This document shows positions 49,350 through 58,400 of a stretch of DNA of 64,000 bases, piece after piece. Where the stretch lies: the NCBI GenBank assembly GCA_050118535.1, contig JASFKR010000003.1, forward strand, positions 4 to 64,003. The letters run 5' to 3'. Numbering within the stretch: the first letter of the stretch is position 1; every line of letters begins with the position of its first letter. The position numbers and the translations under genes were made by a program. This DNA is from Myxococcales bacterium (GTDB taxonomy: Bacteria; Myxococcota_A; Polyangia; Polyangiales; JAFGIB01). The notes beneath the pieces are model-generated. The model saw only the letters and a list, made by a program, of their open reading frames with translations. It was not told the DNA's origin and did not search any database.

Positions 49350-50864
49350 ATGACGGTGGTTGAAACCAGTTGTGGACAGATCGAAGGCATCCGCGAAGCG
49401 CGAGGGTTCCAATTCCTGGGTATCCCCTTCGCCAAGCCACCCACGGGAGAGCTGAGGTTCCGCCCACCGCAGGCGGCCGAGCCCTGGACCGGCGTGCGTC
49501 CGGCGCGGGAGTTCGGCCACTCGGCCATGCAGCCGGGCAGCGAGATTCCCGGCATGGCAGCGGAGGGGCCCAAGAGCGAGGACTGCCTCTACCTCAACGT
49601 CTACACGCCCGCCTGCGACGACGCCCGGCGCCCGGTTCTGTTCTGGATCCACGGCGGCGCCTTCATCCTGGGCTCGGCGGCATCGCCCATCTATGACGGC
49701 TCCCGCCTGTCGGAGCGCGGCGACGTGGTGGTCGTGACCATCAACTACCGGCTGGGCGCTTTCGGCTACCTGTCGCTCGCGGAGCACGGCGGTGACGCCT
49801 GGGGGGCGACCGCGAATCTGGGCCAGCTCGACCAGATCGCTGCGCTGCGATGGGTGCAGGACAACATCGCGGCCTTCGGCGGTGATCCCGGGAAGGTGAC
49901 CATCTTCGGCGAGTCGGCGGGCTCGGTGGCGGTCACCACGCTGCTGAACATGCCGGAGGCGCGCGGACTCTTCCATCGCGCCGTGGCCCAGAGCGGTGCT
50001 GCCCTGGAGCTGGCGCGCGCGAGCGAGGCCTCCCGGGTGGCCCAGGCCATGCTCGATGACCTGGGGATCGGCGCGGGCGACAGCCAGAAGCTTCAGGAAG
50101 TGCCCGCCGCGCGTCTGCTCGAGGCCCAGGTCAAGGCCGGGGCGGTGGCGCCCCCGCTGCGCGGCTTCGCTCCATGCGTCGATGGAAAGACCCTGCCCAA
50201 GCAACCGCGCGAGGCCATCGAGGCCGGTGAGAGCGCGGAGGTGCCGCTGATCATCGGAACCAACCGCGACGAGATGAACCTCTTCACCATGCCGCTGCTC
50301 AAGACCATCGACGAGCCGATGGATGATGCCCGCGCCGTCGAGGTGCTGCGCAGCCAGATCCCGGCCCGCGCGAGGGAAGGGGCGCCGGCGCTGCTCGCGG
50401 CATACCGCAACTCCCGCGAGGCCCGCGGGCTGCGCAGCGGAAACCGGGCGCTGCTCGGGGCGATCCAGAGCGATCTGCGCTTCCGCATTCCGGCCACCCG
50501 CTACGCCGACGCCTACCTGCAGAGGCAGCCGGCGACCTTCATGTACTTCTTCGAGCAGGAGTCGCCGGCCATGCGCGGCGCCCTCGGGGCCTGCCACGCC
50601 CTCGAGATCCCGTTCGTCTTCGGCACCCTCGACGCCCCGTTCCAGGACCGCTTCGCCGGCGCCGGGCCCGCGGTGGAGCAACTCAGCGGGACCATGATGG
50701 ACGCCTGGATCGCGCTCGCCCGCGGCGGCAGTCCGGCGACGGAGGCACGCGCCTGGGACGCCTACGACCCGCAGCGGCGCGCGACCATGGTCTTCGGTCC
50801 GGTCACCGGGCTCCAGGACGCGCCCTACGAAGAGGAGCGGGCCGCCTGGGACGGGCTGGTGTGA
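49350..50864 (+). CDS. Carboxylesterase type B (para-nitrobenzyl-esterase-like)
   Basis: ATG 49350 after ggagggg. Motifs: GIPFAKPPTGELRF, EDCLYLNVYTP, WIHGGAF, and nucleophile elbow FGESAGS. Confidence 0.88.
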   Translation: MTVVETSCGQIEGIREARGFQFLGIPFAKPPTGELRFRPPQAAEPWTGVRPAREFGHSAMQPGSEIPGMAAEGPKSEDCLYLNVYTPACDDARRPVLFWIHGGAFILGSAASPIYDGSRLSERGDVVVVTINYRLGAFGYLSLAEHGGDAWGATANLGQLDQIAALRWVQDNIAAFGGDPGKVTIFGESAGSVAVTTLLNMPEARGLFHRAVAQSGAALELARASEASRVAQAMLDDLGIGAGDSQKLQEVPAARLLEAQVKAGAVAPPLRGFAPCVDGKTLPKQPREAIEAGESAEVPLIIGTNRDEMNLFTMPLLKTIDEPMDDARAVEVLRSQIPARAREGAPALLAAYRNSREARGLRSGNRALLGAIQSDLRFRIPATRYADAYLQRQPATFMYFFEQESPAMRGALGACHALEIPFVFGTLDAPFQDRFAGAGPAVEQLSGTMMDAWIALARGGSPATEARAWDAYDPQRRATMVFGPVTGLQDAPYEEERAAWDGLV

Positions 50865-50882
50865 AGTTCGGTCAGTCGGACG

Positions 50883-51626
50883 TCAGCCCTTGATCCGAAT
50901 GGCCACCACGAGCTGGCCCAGATTCTTGAGCACGTGGGGCACGCGCCGGAAGAGGTGCACGGAGGGTTCGCGCTTCTCGACGATGCTCACGGGGATCTCC
51001 CGGATCGCCATCCCCTCGCGTTCGGCCCGGATCACCAGCTCGCTGGCGAACAGGTCGCGGTCCACGATGCAGCGTTCGGCGATGGGCGCCACCACGCTGC
51101 GGCGGAACGCCTTGAGGCCGTGGGTGTCGGTGCCCTTGAAGTCCAGGGCGACCCGCAGCATGCCATTGATCACCAGGCTGCCCACGTGTCGAACGAACGG
51201 GCGCTCGTCCTGGGCGCCGCTCGCCAGCTTGCTGCCGATCACCATGTCCGCCTCGCCGGAATCCAGGATGGGCAGCGCCTCGGCGTAGAAGTTCGTGTCG
51301 CAGAGGTCGATTTCGTCGCAGAAGACATATTCGCCCTGCGCGTCGAGGATTCCCTGGCGAAGGGCTTTACCGTAGTTGCCGTTGCCCGGCGTACCCACCG
51401 AGAAATAGCTGACGTTGTCGAAGCGCGACGACAGCTCTCGGCAGATCTCGACCGTACGATCGACGGATCCGTTCTCTGCCAGCACCAGCTCCCAGCTGAA
51501 GTCGAAACGCCCCATGCGGTCGACCAGCTCCAGCACCGAGGCGCGTAGGATGCCCTCCTCGTTGTAGATCGGGATCACGATGGTGACTTTCGGCGCGCTC
51601 TCGTCGGCGCTCGCGGACTCGGCCAT
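50883..51626 (-). CDS. Family 2 glycosyltransferase (polyprenol-phosphate glycosyltransferase-like)
   Basis: Start MAESASADESAPKVTIVIPIYNEE at Met157 of track ORF 50883..52094. DxD-type CDEIDL. The start overlaps the upstream stop by 1 nt (TGATG). Confidence 0.85.
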   Translation of the reverse strand: MAESASADESAPKVTIVIPIYNEEGILRASVLELVDRMGRFDFSWELVLAENGSVDRTVEICRELSSRFDNVSYFSVGTPGNGNYGKALRQGILDAQGEYVFCDEIDLCDTNFYAEALPILDSGEADMVIGSKLASGAQDERPFVRHVGSLVINGMLRVALDFKGTDTHGLKAFRRSVVAPIAERCIVDRDLFASELVIRAEREGMAIREIPVSIVEKREPSVHLFRRVPHVLKNLGQLVVAIRIKG

Positions 51627-52918
51627 CACTTGCACAGCTCCCTGGCCTTCTCGGCGGCATCGCGGCCGAAGATCAAGGCGTCTTCCATGGATGAGTAGTT
51701 CCAGCCGCCGTAGCGGCCTGTGGAGATGATGCGCTGCTCGTCCAGGAAGGGCCGGATGGCCTCGAGCGCGCGATAGTAGTCGTGGTTGAAGACCACGTAG
51801 GCGTGGTCGATGCGTCGCGGTTCGGCGAAGAGGATGTCCTCGGGGCGCTCGATCAGTTGCATGTCGATCAGCCCCGCGGCCACCTCGGGCAGCAGCTGGT
51901 CCATTTGCGGCCCCTCGCGGGAGGCCAGCTCCACGTACAGGCAGGCCTTCCCCGAGGGGGCAAGCTCTGCGCTGAAGTTCGAGTAACAGCCCACGCGGTA
52001 GAACGGGTAGCGCGGCTCGGGCACGTACGCCCAGTGCAGGTCCACGCCGCAGCGGCGGTCGAGTGCCACGTCCAGATACCACAGCGGGTTGCACACCAGT
52101 CGGCTGGCCGCGTTTCCGACTGCCTCGGGCGGGTCGACCAGCAGAGACAGCAGCGCATCGAGCGGCGCCGTGGAGATCAGCACGTCATAGGGCACCTCGC
52201 CGTCATCGAAGACCAGCCGCTTGCGGCGCCAGTCGATCGCGGTCGGCGCGTGCTCGAACCGGGGTGGCTGGGGCAGGGCCTCGCACAGGGCGTCGGTCAG
52301 CTCACCGATGCCGCGCTTGGGGTAGAGGAAGTTTGCGTTGTAGCCGAGCTCCCGGTCGTTGAGCCCGACCGCGCCCGCGATGACGTCCTCCAGCTTCGGC
52401 TGAGGCACGAAGCGCGAGCACCACTCCGCCGTGATCTCCCTGGGGTGCGCTCCCCACAACTTCTGGTTATAGGGGATCATGAAGTGGCGCGAAAAGCCCT
52501 CGCCGAAGTACTTCAGGCAGAACTCCTCGAAGTTTTGCGGATCGGGGGTCTCGTCCCGAGCGTCGCGGGCGGCCATGTAGCCGGTCAGGCACTCGTAGGC
52601 CACCTGGGGCGGCAGGCCGAAGGTGTTGGCCTGATAGGGGTAGCGGGTATAGCGCCCGTGGCTGAAGACGCGGCTGTTGCGCTCGATGTGCACCAGCCTG
52701 TCGGGCAAGAGCTCTTGGACCCAGGCGCGCATGCCGTCGTCGCGCAAGTGCAGTAGGTGCCCGGTGCGGTCGAAGCGGAACCCGTCCCGCTCCAGGGTGA
52801 TGGCGTGCCCGCCGGCAGCGGCGAGCCGCTCGTGGATCTCGTAGCGGCCGCTGCCGAGGTGGTGTGCGGCCGACATTCCCGTGAGGCCGGCGCCCAGAAT
52901 CTGGATCTTCGCGTTCAT
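51626..52918 (-). CDS. FAD-dependent oxidoreductase, UDP-galactopyranose-mutase/amine-oxidase-like
   Basis: Dinucleotide-binding motif KIQILGAGLTGMSAA. FMIPYNQKLWGAHPREITAEW resembles the GLF-type motif. Start at Met16 of the track ORF. Confidence 0.8.
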   Translation of the reverse strand: MNAKIQILGAGLTGMSAAHHLGSGRYEIHERLAAAGGHAITLERDGFRFDRTGHLLHLRDDGMRAWVQELLPDRLVHIERNSRVFSHGRYTRYPYQANTFGLPPQVAYECLTGYMAARDARDETPDPQNFEEFCLKYFGEGFSRHFMIPYNQKLWGAHPREITAEWCSRFVPQPKLEDVIAGAVGLNDRELGYNANFLYPKRGIGELTDALCEALPQPPRFEHAPTAIDWRRKRLVFDDGEVPYDVLISTAPLDALLSLLVDPPEAVGNAASRLVCNPLWYLDVALDRRCGVDLHWAYVPEPRYPFYRVGCYSNFSAELAPSGKACLYVELASREGPQMDQLLPEVAAGLIDMQLIERPEDILFAEPRRIDHAYVVFNHDYYRALEAIRPFLDEQRIISTGRYGGWNYSSMEDALIFGRDAAEKARELCK

Positions 52919-52998
52919 CCGGATGCTCCGGGATCGGACCCGCGCGGGACTCTTGACCAGCACGGCCAGCTCGTCAACCCGCGGCCCAGGGACACCCC

Positions 52999-54099
52999 TC
53001 AGCCCGGCCCCACGGCGCTGACCACCGCGTGGGCGTCGGTGAGCTCGATCTGCAGTGCGCCCGCCGCTGCTGGCACGGCCACGGTTGCGCCGCGATTCAC
53101 GACCATCCCGGCGTCTTCGAAGGTCACGCTCCCCTCGATCACGGTCACCGCGCGCAGCACGTTCCAGTCCGGCATGCGGGCCCGCCCACGGCCCACCAGG
53201 CGGCAGACGCGCAGGGCCTCGGACGCGACGGGACAGGCGGCCTCGGGGCCGCAGATGGGCTCGCAGCGGGCCGCGCCGGCGGGCGTGGGCCAGCCGAGGG
53301 AAGCGCGGCGGGTGGCGAGCGCCGCCGGATCGGTCGCGCGTCCCCAGTCCGTCACGGCCAGGGCGTGCTCCAGGTGCAGCGCCCGGGGCTGTCCCTCGTC
53401 GGCGCGGCGGCCGTAGGCATCGTAGCGCCGGTTCCAGTCCCAGTAGCGGTAGGTGACGCCTCTCTTGCCGGGCAGCACGAGCTGCGGCTCGATCAGGGTG
53501 ACGCCGGCGCCGATGGCGTGGGGGGTGCCCGGGTCGAGGGCGGCGAAGTCCCCCGGTCGCACCGGCACGAAGGCCATCAGCGCGCTCAGGTCGCCGCCAG
53601 ACGCCAGCACTTCGCGGACGAGCTCGGCCGTCGTCTCAGGCCGGAACCCCAGGAACAGCCCCGCACCGGGCTCGGCGGCGACCACGTACCAGCTCTCGGG
53701 CTTGCCGGACTGGTCGTCCGTCAGGGCCGGGTAGTCGTCCGGCGGGTGGATCTGCAGGGAGAGATTCTCGTCCGCGTCAAGCCACTTCACCAGCAGGGCC
53801 GTGCGGTCGCGTCCCTGGGCTGCTTCGTCGCCGAGCATGGCCCCGGGGTCGCGCGCCAGCAGCTCGGCCAGCGGGGTGCCGTCGGGGGTGGCGCTGGGCA
53901 GCTCGGGCGTCACCGACAGCTCCCAGGACTCGCCCACCGGACCCTCGGGGGCCGTCCGCAGCAGGTCGGCCTTGTAGCGGGTCACCAGCCTGCGGCCGCC
54001 CCACGGAGTGCGGGCGGGCTGCGTGAAATTGTCCGGGCGCAGCGGGATCGGTCGTGTCGCCGGGTCGGCCTGCAAAAAATTTGGTGCCATGGGGGCCAC
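52999..54099 (-). CDS. Type I phosphomannose isomerase family protein
   Basis: TPWGGRRL, GESWELS, LLVKWLDADENLSLQIHP, KPESWYVV and PGTPHAIGAGVTLIEPQ (cupin metal-site pattern). Confidence 0.8.
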   Translation of the reverse strand: MAPMAPNFLQADPATRPIPLRPDNFTQPARTPWGGRRLVTRYKADLLRTAPEGPVGESWELSVTPELPSATPDGTPLAELLARDPGAMLGDEAAQGRDRTALLVKWLDADENLSLQIHPPDDYPALTDDQSGKPESWYVVAAEPGAGLFLGFRPETTAELVREVLASGGDLSALMAFVPVRPGDFAALDPGTPHAIGAGVTLIEPQLVLPGKRGVTYRYWDWNRRYDAYGRRADEGQPRALHLEHALAVTDWGRATDPAALATRRASLGWPTPAGAARCEPICGPEAACPVASEALRVCRLVGRGRARMPDWNVLRAVTVIEGSVTFEDAGMVVNRGATVAVPAAAGALQIELTDAHAVVSAVGPG

Positions 54100-54154
54100 A
54101 GGTAGACTCGTGTGGGATGGCGCCTACAGTGGGCGCCGCGAGGAGCCGACTGCG

Positions 54155-54472
54155 ATGCCTTACACGGGACCCGAGCGGAGAATCCACAAGGTCTACGTCA
54201 CGCGCAACACGGAATACCACGTCCGCAAGGGCACCTGCGTGGCCGTCCGCGATCGCGAGAGCGGGAGCTGGGTCGACGCCCACTTCGCCCTGCGCTTACC
54301 GGTGGCCGGCTCCATCAAGTTCTACGAGACCGGCGCCATCGCGGCGGCCCCGGGGCTGCCCCAGATCGGCGAGTCGATGTATTTCGAGGCTCGCGGGCGG
54401 GACCTGGTGACCAGCTCCATCGTTTCGGTCGAGCGGCCGCGTCCAGAGACGGTGGCCGAATACGGCGGCTGA
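54155..54472 (+). CDS. Small conserved-looking hypothetical protein
   Basis: Met50 of track ORF 54008..54472 (MPYTGPERRIHKVYVTRNTEYHVRKGTC...). Balanced composition. No family recognised. Confidence 0.5.
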   Translation: MPYTGPERRIHKVYVTRNTEYHVRKGTCVAVRDRESGSWVDAHFALRLPVAGSIKFYETGAIAAAPGLPQIGESMYFEARGRDLVTSSIVSVERPRPETVAEYGG

Positions 54473-54529
54473 GGACGATGGGCGCCCGCGCTGCCGCGCG
54501 CGTCGCAGCCGTGGTAATAAGCGAGCGCG

Positions 54530-54922
54530 ATGTCAGAGCGTATCGTGCGCGTCGTCGCCGCCGTGATCGAGTCCGGCGGCACGTACCTGGTGACCCAGCG
54601 TCGGCCCAACGCCGTGCTGCCAGACCTGTGGGAGTTCCCGGGCGGCAGGGTGGAGGCGGGCGAGACAGACCAGGATGCGCTGGCACGCGAAATCCGCGAG
54701 CGGCTGGACGCGGACGTGCGGGTGTTGCAGATGATCTCGTTCGTGCGACACCCGTATGAGAGCTACACCGTGGACCTGCATCTCTACCAGTGCGAGTTGC
54801 TGAGCGAAGTGCGCGCCGCCGCCGTGCAGGACTTCCGGTGGATCCGCTCGGACGATTTCGAGCGCTACGACTTCACTCCCGCCGACGAGGCTTCCATGTC
54901 GCAGCTGCTGGGGGAGTCATGA
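54530..54922 (+). CDS. mutT: Nudix hydrolase, MutT-like (d)NTP pyrophosphohydrolase
   Basis: WEFPGGRVEAGETDQDALAREIRERLD Nudix box, preceded by VAAVIESGGTYLVTQRR. Confidence 0.8.
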   Translation: MSERIVRVVAAVIESGGTYLVTQRRPNAVLPDLWEFPGGRVEAGETDQDALAREIRERLDADVRVLQMISFVRHPYESYTVDLHLYQCELLSEVRAAAVQDFRWIRSDDFERYDFTPADEASMSQLLGES

Positions 54923-55476
54923 TGGCCGTGCGCGCGCTGATGTGCCTGACGGTGGCAGCGGTCGGCCTGGTCGCCTGCGACGGCGGTCCCGCGACCCCGG
55001 CTCCCCAGTCCCCGCCCACTTCGCCCGAGCCCGAGCCCATCAGCCAGTCGCCCGCGCACCCGGAGCCCGTGGCCCGCGAGATCGGCAGCCAGCCCGCCAT
55101 CCTCGCCGACGGGACCGCCGTCTACGGCGCCAGCCTCGACGAGGCCGTGCCCGAGGTGGCCCTGACCACGCTACTGGACGCTCCGCAGCAATACGCGGGC
55201 ACCGTGGTGCGCACACGGGGTCAGGTCAGCCGCGTGTGCCAGCGGATGGGCTGCTGGATGGAGTTGGCCGCCGAAGACGGCGGGCAGGTCCGGGTGCCGC
55301 TCGCGGGGCATGCGTTCTTCGTGCCCCTGACGGTCCTCGACAAGCCCGCCAGCGTACAGGGCCGGGTGGAGGTTCGCCCCCTGTCCGAGGCGGAGCGCAG
55401 GCACCTGCAGTCCGAGGGCGCGCAGGCCACCGACGTGAACGTCAGCATCGTCGCCACCGCGGTCGCGGTGCGCTAG
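54919..55476 (+). CDS. DUF4920-like lipoprotein
   Basis: The ATG overlaps the mutT stop (ATGA). MMAVRALMCLTVAAVGLVAC contains a lipobox. GQVSRVCQRMGCWMEL ... GHAFFVP ... SEAERRHLQSEG matches my recollection of DUF4920. Confidence 0.7.
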   Translation: MMAVRALMCLTVAAVGLVACDGGPATPAPQSPPTSPEPEPISQSPAHPEPVAREIGSQPAILADGTAVYGASLDEAVPEVALTTLLDAPQQYAGTVVRTRGQVSRVCQRMGCWMELAAEDGGQVRVPLAGHAFFVPLTVLDKPASVQGRVEVRPLSEAERRHLQSEGAQATDVNVSIVATAVAVR

Positions 55477-55486
55477 CGAGGCCGCC

Positions 55487-56215
55487 ATGGGCGCGAAGCT
55501 TGCCGATATCCCGGCGCGCTGCACCTTGTGCGACACGCCGATCCCCGACGGACGCGAGCGCTGCCCCGGATGCGGGAAAGTGTTCGGCGAGGGCAACCGG
55601 TGTCCGAGCTGCCACGCCATCGCCGCCGTGCGTGAGACCCGTCGCGGTCACTACGAGTGCGCCGCCTGCGGCGCGCCCAGACGACGCAATCCGGGCACCC
55701 CCCTGGACTCCGATCATGCCGACGCCCTGTCGCGCAGGGCCACGCGCGACCGCATCCTCTCCTGGGTGTTCTTCCCCGTGGGCGGCGGCCTGGCCACCCT
55801 TGGCGCGATCATTCTGGGCGCCGGGCAGGCCTGGTTCGAGGGAGGCGTTCAGGGGTTCACCAACGTCTTTGGTGGCCTCGTGCTCGCGATGGGCGCCGTG
55901 GGATTGTTCTTCGCGAGTCGTGCCGTGCGTACCGCGCGCAAGCTGCGGGAGGCCGCACAGGAGGCGCGGCTGTTGTTGAAAGTGCAGCGCGCGCGCGCGG
56001 GCATCACCGCGGCCGAGGCGGCGCGTGATCTCCGGCTGACGACGGGGCAGGCTGACGCGCGCCTGACGGAACTGGCCAAACTGGGGCAAATCGACCTGGA
56101 CGTGGACGACGCGGGCACCGTGCGCTACCGCGTGGCAGATCCGGATGCGACCGAGGCCGTGCCGGAGGACGGGCTGGACGTTCAACGCGGCCGCGATGGG
56201 CTCGAGCGCTCCTGA
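55487..56215 (+). CDS. Zinc-ribbon membrane protein with a C-terminal winged-helix-like segment
   Basis: Three CxxC pairs (CTLCDTPIPDGRERCPGCG ... CPSCHA ... CAACG), two TM helices, and ITAAEAARDLRLTTGQADARLTELAKLGQIDLDVDDAGTVRYRV. Confidence 0.55.
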   Translation: MGAKLADIPARCTLCDTPIPDGRERCPGCGKVFGEGNRCPSCHAIAAVRETRRGHYECAACGAPRRRNPGTPLDSDHADALSRRATRDRILSWVFFPVGGGLATLGAIILGAGQAWFEGGVQGFTNVFGGLVLAMGAVGLFFASRAVRTARKLREAAQEARLLLKVQRARAGITAAEAARDLRLTTGQADARLTELAKLGQIDLDVDDAGTVRYRVADPDATEAVPEDGLDVQRGRDGLERS

Positions 56216-56229
56216 GGTCAGCCGGACCT

Positions 56230-56754
56230 TCAGTGGGCCGGTGCGACCGCCTGCGTCAGCACCAGCACCTCGACGAGCAATGATTCGAAGATGCGGTCCA
56301 CATCGGGCGTGGCGTCAGCGGCCCGGTCGCACTCCTCGTTGACGAGAGTCATCAGGGCCGGCTGCCCAAGCGCGATCGCGTCCTCGGAGTAGCTCTCACC
56401 CCCGCAGGTGGAACGACGAAGCTCGCCGTCGGTGATCAGACGCTGCAGACCGCTGTCCACGTCCTCGTCGACGACCCGGCCCAGGCGCTGGCCGAAGGCA
56501 TCCTCGAAGCACAGGTAGACGACCAGGAACAGGAAGTAGGCCAGCGCCTGGCCGGTCGCACCCTCGATGTGGCCCAGCTCTGCAGAGACGAACTCCGCGA
56601 GTGCGGGCTGCTGGATCTCCAGCCGACGAAAGGTGCGGTCGAGCTCCTCGCGCAGGTCTCCGGCATTGAGGCTGCGCAGGGTCTCGGTGATGACCGTGCG
56701 ATCGACGATGGCGTAGGACGGCACCGCCTCGAGTGCGACTCGCTGTACGAACAT
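56230..56754 (-). CDS. Hypothetical protein
   Basis: 174-aa ORF with balanced composition and high GC3, co-directional and 76 nt downstream of the PilZ gene. No family recognised. Confidence 0.5.
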   Translation of the reverse strand: MFVQRVALEAVPSYAIVDRTVITETLRSLNAGDLREELDRTFRRLEIQQPALAEFVSAELGHIEGATGQALAYFLFLVVYLCFEDAFGQRLGRVVDEDVDSGLQRLITDGELRRSTCGGESYSEDAIALGQPALMTLVNEECDRAADATPDVDRIFESLLVEVLVLTQAVAPAH

Positions 56755-56830
56755 CTTCTCGCCAGCCTAGGGGGCCACCCGGGCGGCGTCACTTTTTCGA
56801 CAGCGCATGCGGAGGGTGCCTCCGTCTCGC

Positions 56831-57652
56831 TCAGTCGTCGAAGAAGAGCGGCGGCCGCTTGCGTATGAAGCGCAGGATCAGCTCGCGCGCTTCGTCGTCG
56901 AGCCGGTCGAAGCCGACTCCGATGCCCGGCTCCGAGTCCATGTCCATGGGATCGCGAACGAAGCGCACCGTGCCCGGGATGGTCTCCCCGAATCCGCCTG
57001 GCAGTGTGACGAGCACCTCGCACCGGGTGCCCACGGGCAGCGTCAGATAGGTCGCCACGAAGACGCCACCCTCGCGGATGTCGCCCGAGAAGCCCACGAA
57101 GAAGTTGGACTCCGTCGTGGCGCCCACGTTGGCTTCGAGGTGTTCTCGCTCGCCGGGCGGCACCGACGGCCGGGGCTCGGCCTGCGCGGGGGCGGCGCCG
57201 GAGTCGGCCCGCTTGGCCCCGCTCTTGGCGTCGCCCCCGGCTTCGTCGTGGGGCACGGGCGCAGCCGAGGGCACGACGACGTTGGATTGGGGCGCCTCGC
57301 TGGCAGGCCCTGCCGACGGCCGCAGGCTCGGGACCTGCGACAGCGGATAGAGCTTGCTCATGACCTTCGCCAGGGTCTGGGTGGCCTGCTCCACGCCGGC
57401 GTGGCTCTCGTCCACGTCCTGCAGCAGGGCCATGGTCTGGCTCAGTGAGCCCATGGCGTGCTTGACGCTGGCCTTGCCGTCCACGTCGGAGGAGGCGCGC
57501 TCTGCCTCGAACAGGGCGCCCACCGCCTGTGCGATGTTCTGCGCCACGCTCATGACCTCGTCCGGGAGGTCGGGGGTTTGCTGCAGCGCTTCGAGCGCGC
57601 CGCCGAGCAGCTCGCGGCTCTCCGCGACGGTTGCTGCACCCTGGTAGCTCAT
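56831..57652 (-). CDS. PilZ-domain protein (TIGR02266-type, myxobacterial paralogous family)
   Basis: Start MSYQGAATVAESR inside track ORF 56831..58285. The C-terminal 100 aa (FFVGFSGDIREGGVFVATYLTLPVGTRCEVLVTLPGG...GTVRFVRD...GIGVGFDRLDDEARELILRFI) match the TIGR02266 PilZ pattern. Confidence 0.8.
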   Translation of the reverse strand: MSYQGAATVAESRELLGGALEALQQTPDLPDEVMSVAQNIAQAVGALFEAERASSDVDGKASVKHAMGSLSQTMALLQDVDESHAGVEQATQTLAKVMSKLYPLSQVPSLRPSAGPASEAPQSNVVVPSAAPVPHDEAGGDAKSGAKRADSGAAPAQAEPRPSVPPGEREHLEANVGATTESNFFVGFSGDIREGGVFVATYLTLPVGTRCEVLVTLPGGFGETIPGTVRFVRDPMDMDSEPGIGVGFDRLDDEARELILRFIRKRPPLFFDD

Positions 57653-57800
57653 TCCTTCCCTCTCCCGCTGGCGATGCAGGGCACTGAATCTCCAGTGTAT
57701 CGCCCCGTCCGCCCCGTGCCTAGCAGCGGATTTCACGCTCCGGACGTGTGGGAGCGCGGCGCCCCTGGCTCCGGGCGCCGCGCGGAGGTACACCGGGGCG

Positions 57801-58400
57801 ATGGGCGAGATCCTCTTCTGCCCGTTTTGCCGCGAGAGCTTCGAAGGCCAGCGGCTGTGCCCCGAGCACGAGCTGCCGCTGGTTCCCGTCTTCGAGCTGC
57901 CTCCCGAGCGCCGGGCCGAGGCCGACACCGAGCCGCTATCGCCTTGGGATCCGGGCCGCGGTCGAGGGGCCTTCGCGGCTTCGGCGCTACTGTCGATGAC
58001 GGCGTTCGTGGCGCTGCCGTTGGCGCAAGTACAGGGACCGCTGGAGCTCGGCGGGAGCATGCTGCGATTGGCCCTCGAGGGCACGCCGAAGCTGTGGCTG
58101 ATTCCCGCGGCAGCCGGTGCCCAGCTCATGCTGCTGCATCGTCGCCGCACGCCGCGGGCACTGCGCGGCGCCCGCTTGGCCGCGCCCCTGCTGGCCCTGG
58201 TGCCAGTGTTGTCGGCCGCCTGGACGTGGCGCGGCATCACGGAGGCCGTCGCGTTGCTGGCCGAGCGGACTGCCCAGCCGCTCACACCGCGGCTCGCCAG
58301 CGGCGCCTACCTGCTGGCTGCCGCCGGGTTGCTGGGCCTGGTCGCGGGGCTGCGCCTGGGGGTCGACCAGCGCCGCAACTCGCCGCAGATTCAGGGGTGA
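57801..58400 (+). CDS. Zinc-ribbon membrane protein
   Basis: N-terminus FCPFCRESFEGQRLCPEHELPL followed by four hydrophobic helices. The 3' end overlaps the convergent GGDEF gene by 10 nt. Confidence 0.5.
   Translation: MGEILFCPFCRESFEGQRLCPEHELPLVPVFELPPERRAEADTEPLSPWDPGRGRGAFAASALLSMTAFVALPLAQVQGPLELGGSMLRLALEGTPKLWLIPAAAGAQLMLLHRRRTPRALRGARLAAPLLALVPVLSAAWTWRGITEAVALLAERTAQPLTPRLASGAYLLAAAGLLGLVAGLRLGVDQRRNSPQIQG

Noticed and set aside
38991-50681. ORFs 38991..41288(+), 38605..39573(-), 39976..41019(-), 42438..43640(-), 43234..44814(-), 44540..46204(-), 44782..45867(+), 46235..47020(-), 48972..50681(-)
   Set aside because: They overlap the kinase, TIGR02147, lipoprotein, M48, barrel, guaB and esterase genes. 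They are low-complexity and motif-free.
54075-54100. Minus-strand TGGCACCAAATTTTTTGCA considered as a sigma-54 promoter
   Set aside because: The spacing between GG and GC is too long by 3 nt, and the TGGCAC overlaps the ATG of the phosphomannose-isomerase-like gene.
54155-54472. Small protein considered as a PilZ domain because of the ERRIHK segment
   Set aside because: The RxxxR motif is incomplete (RRIHK), and I could not find the D/NxSxxG partner motif.
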